Part shown: positions 1 through 8,459 of the stretch, piece after piece
Layout: every line of letters begins with the position of its first letter
Position numbering within the stretch: the stretch's first letter is position 1
Source of the DNA: a virus
Taxonomy: Duplodnaviria > Caudoviricetes
Length of the DNA: 55,945 nt
Strand: one strand, 5' to 3'
Virus record (IMG/VR): IMGVR_UViG_3300044491_002553
Span: 1 to 55,945 of that record
Translations under genes and position numbers: made by a program
The notes under the pieces: generated by a model
What the model was told of the DNA's origin: nothing
What the model saw: the letters and a program-made list of their open reading frames with translations, nothing else
Database searches by the model: none

Positions 1-161
1 GGAGCAGTAGGAATTTTATGTAATGGAGGATGATAACAACTATTAGTATGACCAGTAGTCAGATGTAAACTTACTTGTTTCCATTTAGCCAAACAGAAAC
101 TATCGCTTATATTTGCTAATTTATCTTTGGCTACAAGTGCATCTTGATAATAATCGCTCAC
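1..161 (-). CDS. N-terminal part of a twitch/SPASM-type radical SAM protein (runs off the window; not in the ORF track)
   Basis: GTG start overlaps the previous TGA (GTGA). Translates MSDYYQDALVAKDKLANISDSFCLAKWKQVSLHLTTGHTNSCYHPP..., whose FC..W....G...SC pattern is typical of N-terminal twitch domains in phage radical SAM proteins. Confidence 0.65.
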   Translation of the reverse strand, partial: MSDYYQDALVAKDKLANISDSFCLAKWKQVSLHLTTGHTNSCYHPPLHKIPTA

Positions 162-1153
162 AAGCCTTCTTTCATATATTCCTGTATTGCATAACTAGTA
201 AAAGGAAGACTATCCCAAATATTAGTATTTTTAATTTTGTCCTGTAATAGTATAAAACTAATAGTATGAGGGAACAACCAACTGCTATCTACTTTTAGTA
301 GTTGTTTTAGATGTGGATTGTTAGGTACATACTTAATACTTTTCTTTAATTCATTAGGCAATACACTCACACAAAGGTGTTGTGGATCTGTTAAAATATT
401 ATAATATAGTGGAAACTTACACCATTCCTCTATTTCTTTCAAATGAAATATATTAAGAACACTTACTGTTGGATTAACATTTATATTTGCAAATTTACTT
501 GCAAAGTATAAATTTTCTTCCCATTTTTCCCATTTAGTACCATATCTTAAGTATTCTCCTAATTTCCCTACTGCATCCATACTTGCATTTACTTCAACAT
601 TTTTAAATCTTGGCCAATATTTTTCTATATTTTTTACAGATGTAAGGTTACTATTATATTGTAATGTTACCTTACTAGGATTTTTTATTTTATCTAACAC
701 TTTCCAATGCATAGGATTAATAAGAGGCTCGCCTCCTGCAAAATAAATGTGTTTAACATCTCGTAAATCTAAATCAAATTCAGTGCTTACAAATTTATTT
801 TCACCCAACCGTTCTGCCCATTTACTACTGTAATAACTACAACATATTGTACATTCTAAGTTACATAAGTTATTATTTCTAACATCTAAGTGGCGAACTT
901 TATATATTTTATGTTTGAAATTGTTAAACGTATCTCTATATGTATGGCCAGCATGATCACATGCACTACAACCCTTGCCGTCTCTTAGATCAGACCAGGG
1001 GTTGTTCAAATCAATATCATGCAAATCTTTATAATATTTTACATCAAAAAGGCAACATGGACTTACTTTTCCATCCGGATGTATAGTCAAACCACTATCA
1101 AATGCTCCACAATCCATTACCATCCTTCTGCTTTCCTTAACATAATCGCTCAT
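158..1153 (-). CDS. Radical SAM protein with N-terminal twitch/SPASM-like Cys cluster
   Basis: CNLECTIC (CxxxCxxC), FAGGEP, YNSN and ASMDA motifs; N-terminal C...PDGKVSPCC...CSAC. Confidence 0.9.
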   Translation of the reverse strand: MSDYVKESRRMVMDCGAFDSGLTIHPDGKVSPCCLFDVKYYKDLHDIDLNNPWSDLRDGKGCSACDHAGHTYRDTFNNFKHKIYKVRHLDVRNNNLCNLECTICCSYYSSKWAERLGENKFVSTEFDLDLRDVKHIYFAGGEPLINPMHWKVLDKIKNPSKVTLQYNSNLTSVKNIEKYWPRFKNVEVNASMDAVGKLGEYLRYGTKWEKWEENLYFASKFANINVNPTVSVLNIFHLKEIEEWCKFPLYYNILTDPQHLCVSVLPNELKKSIKYVPNNPHLKQLLKVDSSWLFPHTISFILLQDKIKNTNIWDSLPFTSYAIQEYMKEGL

Positions 1154-2071
1154 TTACCACCATGGACTTGACATTTTAAGTATTTCTTTTTCTAATGTCA
1201 TAATATCGCTATGAAAATAACTTTGCACATAAAAATGTTTGAACCAAGTGCTTTGTACATCTGTAAATTCTTCTATTTTTAAACCCAATCTTTTTTTAAG
1301 TGTTTGTGTAACATGCTCCATGTGTAGTGGATTGTATTCATTTTTATATATACGTTCTATTTCATCAAAGTCTTGCACTTCTGTGTGATCCCAATCTTCT
1401 ATCATTGTAAGATACGTGCCAAATCTTGCACCCATCATTGCATCCAATCCAAAACTTTCATCTCTACCAATACATTGCCAAATCAACAAATGGTCAAAAT
1501 TTCTGTGGAAAGTCTTTTTCTCAAATTCTTCTAAAGAAGGCTTTGTACCACGTTCTAAACACATTTTTACACCTTCTCTAAATCCTGCTCTCCATGAATG
1601 AAACGCACTACCATTTGGATACGTGTCACTGTAAACATTTTGCATAGCAAGATATTTTGGGTCAAAACAAAATTCTACTTCATTTTCGTCAGCACCATCA
1701 CTGTTTTCGTGTGTTCTCATGTTATAAACAAAGTCTTTCGTCCAACAACTTAATCCACCATTACCATACATCAGTCCATTTATAACATTTCTTGCTTTCC
1801 ATCTAAACACACAATCATTTAATTCATCAGGAATAGCCATTGTTTCATCAAAAAACTTAGCATAAGGTATATTATCACCATCAATTAATACAAATCTATC
1901 AGTATCTGATGCATCTGCGGCGGCTTTGTGTGCGGCATCACTACCTTTTACATCATCTACACGTTTTGCCCATGGAACTAAATTCTGTATCTTTACCCAT
2001 ATTTCTTCTTTTTTAGGTTCATCATAACTTAGATATATACAATCTAAATCTGCAACATCAACTTTGTGCAT
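1154..2071 (-). CDS. Glycosyltransferase-like protein (GT-A fold)
   Basis: LSYDEP...VKGSDAAH...VLIDGDN, containing a DxD motif; sits in a modification-gene neighbourhood. Confidence 0.6.
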   Translation of the reverse strand: MHKVDVADLDCIYLSYDEPKKEEIWVKIQNLVPWAKRVDDVKGSDAAHKAAADASDTDRFVLIDGDNIPYAKFFDETMAIPDELNDCVFRWKARNVINGLMYGNGGLSCWTKDFVYNMRTHENSDGADENEVEFCFDPKYLAMQNVYSDTYPNGSAFHSWRAGFREGVKMCLERGTKPSLEEFEKKTFHRNFDHLLIWQCIGRDESFGLDAMMGARFGTYLTMIEDWDHTEVQDFDEIERIYKNEYNPLHMEHVTQTLKKRLGLKIEEFTDVQSTWFKHFYVQSYFHSDIMTLEKEILKMSSPWW

Positions 2072-2825
2072 TTTCCTTGGCCTTTATTATTTCAATTTTA
2101 TCTTCATCAGTAAGATCAATATCTTTGTTTAAATTTTCTATAGTTGTGTTAAAACTAAAACTCCAACGTTCTCCTGTGCTACGAAAAGGATATACTTCAT
2201 GTAGTAACCAAGCAGGAAAGAAATAAATTGCTCCTACTTCAGGTTTAAATCTAATTGTATGTGTGCTTAAACCATGTGTGCCACCATATAAAAATTGTAT
2301 CATACCTGCACTTGGATCGTGGTCTTCATATTTCCATTCTTTTTCTATGTCATCTGGTAACCGCAAATAACCAACACCGCTGATCATTCCTGTGTGACTG
2401 TGTGTAGGGTTCCAATCTCCACTTACACTAACATTTCCCCAACTTTGATGAATTACACAACTAAGATTCATATTTTGTATCCTACTGTCTACAATCTCTT
2501 TGTGTTTTTCTACTGCGGTTCTTTTGGTATTTTCCCAATGTACAATTTTACTAACCTTATATAATTCTGCACTACCATCGGCAAGCATCTGCACAAAACG
2601 TTGTCCACTATCACCTGGTAAAACTGCATCATTAATAGTAAATTCATTTTGCATATTTCCAGCAAGATTCATACTGTGATCTGGATGTTTGAGATTATTT
2701 TCAAAGGCAGTGATTAAATCTTTTTGTACCTCTTCAGGTATTGTTGCTTTGATAATACACGGGCCAAAAGGTCTAACCACCTCAAAACTATCAACTGCTT
2801 TTTGTACATCTGCTACTGTTTCCAT
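2058..2825 (-). CDS. Putative 2OG-Fe(II) oxygenase
   Basis: W.N...G.WNPTHSH..ISGVGY, FFPAWLLHEVYP and RWSFSFN, giving the HxH...H...RxS pattern. Confidence 0.85.
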   Translation of the reverse strand: METVADVQKAVDSFEVVRPFGPCIIKATIPEEVQKDLITAFENNLKHPDHSMNLAGNMQNEFTINDAVLPGDSGQRFVQMLADGSAELYKVSKIVHWENTKRTAVEKHKEIVDSRIQNMNLSCVIHQSWGNVSVSGDWNPTHSHTGMISGVGYLRLPDDIEKEWKYEDHDPSAGMIQFLYGGTHGLSTHTIRFKPEVGAIYFFPAWLLHEVYPFRSTGERWSFSFNTTIENLNKDIDLTDEDKIEIIKAKENAQS

Positions 2826-2837
2826 ATGTATGCTTCC

Positions 2838-3074
2838 TTAATTTTGTTTTTTAATCCATTCTTTAACTGTTTCTAAATCTTGTTTATCTTGCAGTTGAAC
2901 TCTTATACCTTTGGCATAAACACTGTTATCAACTTCGTAGTCATTTGTTAAATTATTTTCACAAAACATCAATGTATTTGTGTAAAGTTTTTTACCTAAC
3001 TTATAGTGTTTTTCTGGTATAACAGTATCTTGTTTTGCTTCAAATGGATAAGGAACATATATTTCTAAGTTCAT
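2838..3074 (-). CDS. Hypothetical protein
   Basis: 78-aa ORF with upstream GGAG, tightly packed in the operon. Confidence 0.6.
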   Translation of the reverse strand: MNLEIYVPYPFEAKQDTVIPEKHYKLGKKLYTNTLMFCENNLTNDYEVDNSVYAKGIRVQLQDKQDLETVKEWIKKQN

Positions 3075-3376
3075 TTTTTTTCTCCTTGAATAAAATATGG
3101 ATTATACTCGTCAATTTTATCTCGTAAAAACCATAATTTTCTTTTTGGTGCCTGCACAACCAATTTTTTATCTATAACTTTCATATGTGTCGGCTGTAAT
3201 CCATCAAGTTGTTCTTGACTTATTATAATATAGCACAAATCTTCCACAAAGTCAACTTCTACATACTTGGTTGGTGGATCCAACAATGTGCCATTTTCGT
3301 CGTAGTACAACCTAATTTGTTTTTGTTTAGGTGGTGTCCAATCATGTTGTGCAACAGCATCAAAGAAACTAGACAT
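3071..3376 (-). CDS. Hypothetical protein
   Basis: 101-aa ORF overlapping its neighbours by a few bases (translational coupling). Confidence 0.65.
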   Translation of the reverse strand: MSSFFDAVAQHDWTPPKQKQIRLYYDENGTLLDPPTKYVEVDFVEDLCYIIISQEQLDGLQPTHMKVIDKKLVVQAPKRKLWFLRDKIDEYNPYFIQGEKK

Positions 3377-4223
3377 TTAATTCTTTCTCATATCTTTTTA
3401 TAAGTTTAGGTGTACAAAAATCTTTATGATAGTAATGAAATGGATAATATTGTGCATGACCATTTACCAACAGTACAAAATCCTTGCTGAGACTCCAACT
3501 AACAGCATCTCTCCAATCATCACACCTCCAATTATTGATGTATTCTTTCATGTGTGTGAATGTAGGATAACTCAACACATTAGTATAACAAGGTTGTTCC
3601 ATCATATGTGCCGCTATGCCCATTGCTACATCAGTATCTGGTTGTTGATATCTACAATTATCTAGTATTGTATCTCTATACTTGTCAAAATTTTCAAATA
3701 CATCTTTAACTAAACTAAAAAAATCAAATGATTCTTGTGTATGTCTAAAATACATGAATCCATTGTAAACATTTGGTAAATGATTATCGTCAAACAGTTG
3801 TCTATAATGTCTATTGAAAGATATATTTCCCTTGTAGTCTCTTACATTTGTGGTCATACACACTGGATACTTTTGCATTGCTTTCCACCAATGGTCTATA
3901 TTAGTGGATATTATCATGTCGCTTTCAACTTTGAATGTTTCTTTGAATGGTGTAATGCTCCAACTTCGCCATTCGTTGTGCATGGGTTTATCCTCAGGTA
4001 TTTCAATTATATAATCAAATACTTTTGCTTGTTTTGGTGTTATACATTCTTTTGTGTTTTTATCCACTGCTACTGCAAATTTGTTAATTTTACAGTGTAA
4101 TTTTACACTTAAAGCCAAAAGATATGCTTGAGAAAGATAATCAACTTCTGGTGTATTGGTTGCGTATGTTAACCAACCATGTTGATGTTCAAAGTCACTT
4201 ATTCTTCTCATACACTTGTCCAC
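3369..4223 (-). CDS. Glycosyltransferase-like protein (GT8-like, degenerate DxD)
   Basis: YL..AYLLALS, SITPFKETFKVESDM, NGFMYF and TDVAM; paralogous layout to 4208..4981. Confidence 0.6.
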   Translation of the reverse strand: MDKCMRRISDFEHQHGWLTYATNTPEVDYLSQAYLLALSVKLHCKINKFAVAVDKNTKECITPKQAKVFDYIIEIPEDKPMHNEWRSWSITPFKETFKVESDMIISTNIDHWWKAMQKYPVCMTTNVRDYKGNISFNRHYRQLFDDNHLPNVYNGFMYFRHTQESFDFFSLVKDVFENFDKYRDTILDNCRYQQPDTDVAMGIAAHMMEQPCYTNVLSYPTFTHMKEYINNWRCDDWRDAVSWSLSKDFVLLVNGHAQYYPFHYYHKDFCTPKLIKRYEKELNV

Positions 4224-4981
4224 ATTTTATCATAAATTTCTGTTTCTAATAAACATTTTTTATTCATTACGTGTAGATTGCTGTTCCATAATACGCAATC
4301 TTGCTTGTTACCTCTTTGATATTTTGTGATAAAAGTATTTTCTTTGAAATCTATCACTTCGTCCAATGGACTTAAACTAGGAAGAGATCCAATAAATTTA
4401 TTCTCAACACTGTATCCATTCATTAAATGATTTGCTATTGTTATTGCATAATCATTTCTGTAACATTCAAAACTAAAACCAAACAGTTGTCCATAATACA
4501 CAAAATTATCTTGTACACTTTTCCATAATTCAAATATTTTCTGTACATGATCATTTTTTTGAAAATAACATACAGTTGCCCATAACATTTTAAAATTATT
4601 TTTGGTCATATACTTGCAATCATCTAGTTTGTTTTGTTCTGTTATATCATAAGCACTGTCGTACACCAAAAAGTCACACAAACCATCAAAATAATTTAGT
4701 AAATTATTATTTGTTACAAAAAAATCTACATCTAATAACAGTGTTTGATCAAAAGGTGATATTTCAAAAGCATTGCATCTATCTAGGTTATTCCATTCAA
4801 CAGTTTCTTCTTGATTTCCCGCCCAACGGAATGTTCTCACATTGGTTTTTGCTGTTGAAAGTTCTTGAATATGTACAGGCAAGTCTAGATTTTTATGACA
4901 AAACTTCTCACATAGATGTGCTAGTTTTTCATAATCAATCTTGTCACTCTTACTGTATAATAATAGTACACCTTTATTCAT
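4208..4981 (-). CDS. Glycosyltransferase-like protein (GT8-like)
   Basis: SPFDQTLLLDVD (DxD), WATVCYF, RNDYA and LHVMNK. Confidence 0.65.
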   Translation of the reverse strand: MNKGVLLLYSKSDKIDYEKLAHLCEKFCHKNLDLPVHIQELSTAKTNVRTFRWAGNQEETVEWNNLDRCNAFEISPFDQTLLLDVDFFVTNNNLLNYFDGLCDFLVYDSAYDITEQNKLDDCKYMTKNNFKMLWATVCYFQKNDHVQKIFELWKSVQDNFVYYGQLFGFSFECYRNDYAITIANHLMNGYSVENKFIGSLPSLSPLDEVIDFKENTFITKYQRGNKQDCVLWNSNLHVMNKKCLLETEIYDKMWTSV

Positions 4982-5298
4982 TATATGTTTGATATTCGTC
5001 TGTATTTGGAAATTTTACTCCATTGAATATGCCATTCATTCATAACTTCATGCCATTTCTGTCTACAAATTTTTGCAAATTCATTTGGTTTATCAATTTT
5101 GATAGGATTTCCATAACTATCTTCTAAAAACAACACTTCATTTTCTGGCCATGTGTTGACCAATGCCAACAGATGCGAATCTATTTTAAATAATCCGCCT
5201 GCATGTGCTACTACTAAAAGTTCTTCTTGTTGTTCTTTTAATACTCTTCTCTGTCTAGAGATATCAAATCTCTGAAGAGCCCAATCTTCGTTTGTCAT
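4981..5298 (-). CDS. Hypothetical protein
   Basis: 105-aa ORF coupled to the downstream gene; first gene after the fibre genes. Confidence 0.65.
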   Translation of the reverse strand: MTNEDWALQRFDISRQRRVLKEQQEELLVVAHAGGLFKIDSHLLALVNTWPENEVLFLEDSYGNPIKIDKPNEFAKICRQKWHEVMNEWHIQWSKISKYRRISNI

Positions 5299-5337
5299 TC
5301 GTTGAATACTTGCTTGTAATTTAGTTGATATTAATAG

Positions 5338-5351
5338 ACCCTAATTAGGGT
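5338..5351. repeat. Perfect 14-bp palindrome ACCCTAATTAGGGT
   Basis: Self-complementary; lies in the 60-bp gap between the fibre genes and the modification cassette. Confidence 0.7.
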
Positions 5352-5358
5352 TTATCAA

Positions 5359-6276
5359 TTATGCGTGTGAGTTAGTTACTGTGCTAAATGTAATTGTACC
5401 AGCGTTATCAGAAATGTATGTTGTATCATGCTTTTCATATCTGAATGTTGTTCTTTTTGTTCCATCAACGGTATCTCGTACATTGTAAATACTTTTATTA
5501 AATCCTGTTTGTTCTGCCGCATTATCTACCCAAGTGCTTCTAAAATCAACAGTTGCACCTGAAGTTAGTGCTTCAAGTTGTATAAAGTTACTGGTATAAG
5601 CCGCATAACTCGCCGCAAATTGTTTAAAACATACTACAAATGAACCTGTCATGTTTTCCCATCCATTAGAGGTTGAACCACCAATACCATTTGTAGTTGC
5701 GGATCCTGAACCGCCTGATTTGCCTGAAGTACTCCTTGTAACATTAAATGTACCACAGTTATGTCCCAATGACTCCCAATCGTTTGATTTATTGGTGTTA
5801 CTATCACCTGATAAGTTCCAAGTGACTGAAAGTCTGCCACCTAAATTAAAGAAGTGTCTCAAATCAGTGGTTGAAGCCCAGGTAAATCTACCTGTTTGTG
5901 TAAGTGTACCTGTTAAGTTAGTGGTATTGTCAATGTTGTTTGATACTGGAATTTGCCTTTCATGTACATTCAATCTGTTGTTTGTGATTGTTGTGATATT
6001 TCCTGCTAGTGCTGTGAATGCCGCAATGCTATCTCCACCACTTGGTGATGTAATTGCTGTAATGCTTGAACTTTGATGATTGGCCATGCTACTGATTCTG
6101 CTCAACAGTGTTGACCATTGTGTTGCTTGTACTGTTACTCCATCACTTACACTTGCGACTGTGGTTGCATTACCATATCCAGCATCACCTGTACCTTCTC
6201 CCCACAATGCGTTGACTGACGTTGCAAAGTCATTATAGTGTGTATCTAGTATTGTGTCTCCACTTGTGTATGCCAT
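5359..6276 (-). CDS. Virion structural protein (tail/fibre-associated)
   Basis: Ser/Thr/Gly-rich, MAY start, last gene of the structural run. Confidence 0.65.
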   Translation of the reverse strand: MAYTSGDTILDTHYNDFATSVNALWGEGTGDAGYGNATTVASVSDGVTVQATQWSTLLSRISSMANHQSSSITAITSPSGGDSIAAFTALAGNITTITNNRLNVHERQIPVSNNIDNTTNLTGTLTQTGRFTWASTTDLRHFFNLGGRLSVTWNLSGDSNTNKSNDWESLGHNCGTFNVTRSTSGKSGGSGSATTNGIGGSTSNGWENMTGSFVVCFKQFAASYAAYTSNFIQLEALTSGATVDFRSTWVDNAAEQTGFNKSIYNVRDTVDGTKRTTFRYEKHDTTYISDNAGTITFSTVTNSHA

Positions 6277-6290
6277 AGTGTTATTTCCTT

Positions 6291-7745
6291 TTAATTAATT
6301 GTAACAAAGGCTTCTACAGTGCCTTCATCTGTTGTTGTTTTTGTCTGAATACTTCTTCCTATCACGTTAAAACTGTTCAGTGACTCTGTTGCTGTAGCGG
6401 CTCTAGCAAATCCGTTGCCTGCCGATACAAGTCTATCACCTTTATTTACCACACCCTTAACCTTAACTGGTACTCTACCTGTCAAAGCAACTGCGGTTCC
6501 ATTTTCAAGTCCTGCATTCATTAAATATGCTGGATTATTACTGACAACTCCAAACACATTATCACTCATCTCTTCATTTACTTTTGTGATTTCTTTTGCT
6601 CCGCCTAGTGCTACTACTGTACCTGGTTCGTACATAACATCACTGGAAAAATTTTCAGCCAAGTCAGCATATTGTGCCGTTGTTGCTGTTCCATTAAATG
6701 TTGTGGCAAAAATTTCATTTATTCTGCTACTGGTACTACCAAAATCTACTGTACCACTTACTAGTAAATCACCAGTCATTGTACCACCAGTTAATGGCAA
6801 AGCACCTGCACCACTTACTGTGGCATCAACATATGCCTTGGTAGCGGCATGTAAACTACTTGTTGGCGCACCTGCTAGACTGACTCTTGCATCAGCACCA
6901 TTAATTGCTAGTGCAGTAGTTGTGACACCACCGTCATTAACACTTAAATTTATATCACCATCTGAAGTTGTGTTGCTGATTGTTACATCACTGCCACTTA
7001 CTCCAATTGTAAAATCACTGTCTACACCTACAACAAGTCCTGTGTCATTTAAAATACTTAATACACCACTTGTGCTGTCTGAAGCATTACTTCTCAAGTA
7101 GTTTGCCGCGGCTTGTCCGCCTAAAGCATCTGAATCTGTAGATGTTCCTTGAAACTTGGCACTTGTAACTGATGTTGAAAGTTGTACACCTGGTTTAATT
7201 GTTGCAAATCCTGATAATGCACTTTGTGGAGTAAATGTAGAATCTTTTGAAACTGTTGCAACTACTGTGTTGTTGGTGTAAATTTTTACTACTACGTGAT
7301 CTGTTGCACCACTGTCAGTTACTGTTTCAACAATAGCACCTGAAGTTCCTGTACCACTTGTAAAACTTGGACCAATAGTTGTAAATCCTGAACCGTTGAA
7401 AACTTTTAACTGTCCATTGGTTGTGTCCCACCACAAGTCTCCAGTAACACTGTTACTAGGAGTGCTTGAACTAGCAGTACTACTACTTACTGTTTTAAAA
7501 GCAGTACCTGTGTATACTTTCAGTAAACTGTTGTTTGTATCCCACCACATTTGTCCTGCGACTGGTGATCCTGGTGCAGAAGTGTTAGCAAAATTTTCCA
7601 GTAACTTTACATAGTTTTCGTTTAAAAATTCGCCGTATCCTGCATAGTTTTTTCCTATAAGAGTCAGGTCAGTTGTTGTATCAATCGTACCGTCTGCGAC
7701 TGTGGCTAAAACTGTACCCGCTGTATTATTAATTGTATATGCCAT
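6291..7745 (-). CDS. Tail fibre/baseplate-attached protein with a C-terminal peptidase G2/IMC-like chaperone domain
   Basis: N-terminal LIGKNYAGYGEFLNEN...LLENFA and GQMWWD/GDLWWD repeats; AATKAYVD; C-terminal QYADLAE...PGTVV...PAYLMN...GRVPVKV. Confidence 0.75.
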   Translation of the reverse strand: MAYTINNTAGTVLATVADGTIDTTTDLTLIGKNYAGYGEFLNENYVKLLENFANTSAPGSPVAGQMWWDTNNSLLKVYTGTAFKTVSSSTASSSTPSNSVTGDLWWDTTNGQLKVFNGSGFTTIGPSFTSGTGTSGAIVETVTDSGATDHVVVKIYTNNTVVATVSKDSTFTPQSALSGFATIKPGVQLSTSVTSAKFQGTSTDSDALGGQAAANYLRSNASDSTSGVLSILNDTGLVVGVDSDFTIGVSGSDVTISNTTSDGDINLSVNDGGVTTTALAINGADARVSLAGAPTSSLHAATKAYVDATVSGAGALPLTGGTMTGDLLVSGTVDFGSTSSRINEIFATTFNGTATTAQYADLAENFSSDVMYEPGTVVALGGAKEITKVNEEMSDNVFGVVSNNPAYLMNAGLENGTAVALTGRVPVKVKGVVNKGDRLVSAGNGFARAATATESLNSFNVIGRSIQTKTTTDEGTVEAFVTIN

Positions 7746-7801
7746 TTATGTTCTCCACAAACTGTTATATTTTATTTATCAGTTCTATAATGTACGTAGT
7801 T

Positions 7802-8455
7802 TTATATACTACTTAAATTTGTCAGTGTTTGTATTCTCACTGTATAATCTATTTGAATAAGTCTATTCAAACTTTTTTGCACAGGATGAAATACAACATG
7901 TGTTAACAACTTACCTGTATTAACTGTTCCTGTCCAACTTTTTAAGCCTAATTCATCAAATGTGTAAGTGTCATTGAAGTTACTGGTGTTGTCAAATGCG
8001 GCTTGATCATTTGGTTCACCATAATCTAACAAACAACTTACCACAATGTCTGTGTAAACATTGCCACTTACGTGATTAACTGTTAGTTTATTTCTAGCGG
8101 CATCTGTATTCAAACTACTGCTTCCATCAACTACTTTATAATATGTTTGATTGTAAAGTGTTGCATTCTGTCCACTACTATTAGCAGGTAGATATGTAAT
8201 TACGCCTGTAGGGTCTACACTGGTGCCACCATTTCCAAATGCCATTTCGTGTATAAATCCTGTTGTTTTATTGGCAACACTTAATGCCAATGCTTCACTC
8301 ATGTTTTCATAATGAATGGCGTTTCTTTTGTTTACAAAGTCTTCACCTGTCTCTGGATCAAAAATTCTAATATGACCTTCAACATGAACACCACCTTGTT
8401 CATCAGGTAATTTTTTATTTTCTTCTGCCATTTGTTTTTCTTCCTCTGTACTCAT
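7802..8455 (-). CDS. Conserved baseplate/tail structural protein
   Basis: GHIRIFDP...KRNAIH, MAFGNGG, FDELGL and LLTHVVFHPVQKS; located in the baseplate-fibre operon. Confidence 0.6.
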   Translation of the reverse strand: MSTEEEKQMAEENKKLPDEQGGVHVEGHIRIFDPETGEDFVNKRNAIHYENMSEALALSVANKTTGFIHEMAFGNGGTSVDPTGVITYLPANSSGQNATLYNQTYYKVVDGSSSLNTDAARNKLTVNHVSGNVYTDIVVSCLLDYGEPNDQAAFDNTSNFNDTYTFDELGLKSWTGTVNTGKLLTHVVFHPVQKSLNRLIQIDYTVRIQTLTNLSSI

Positions 8456-8459
8456 TATA

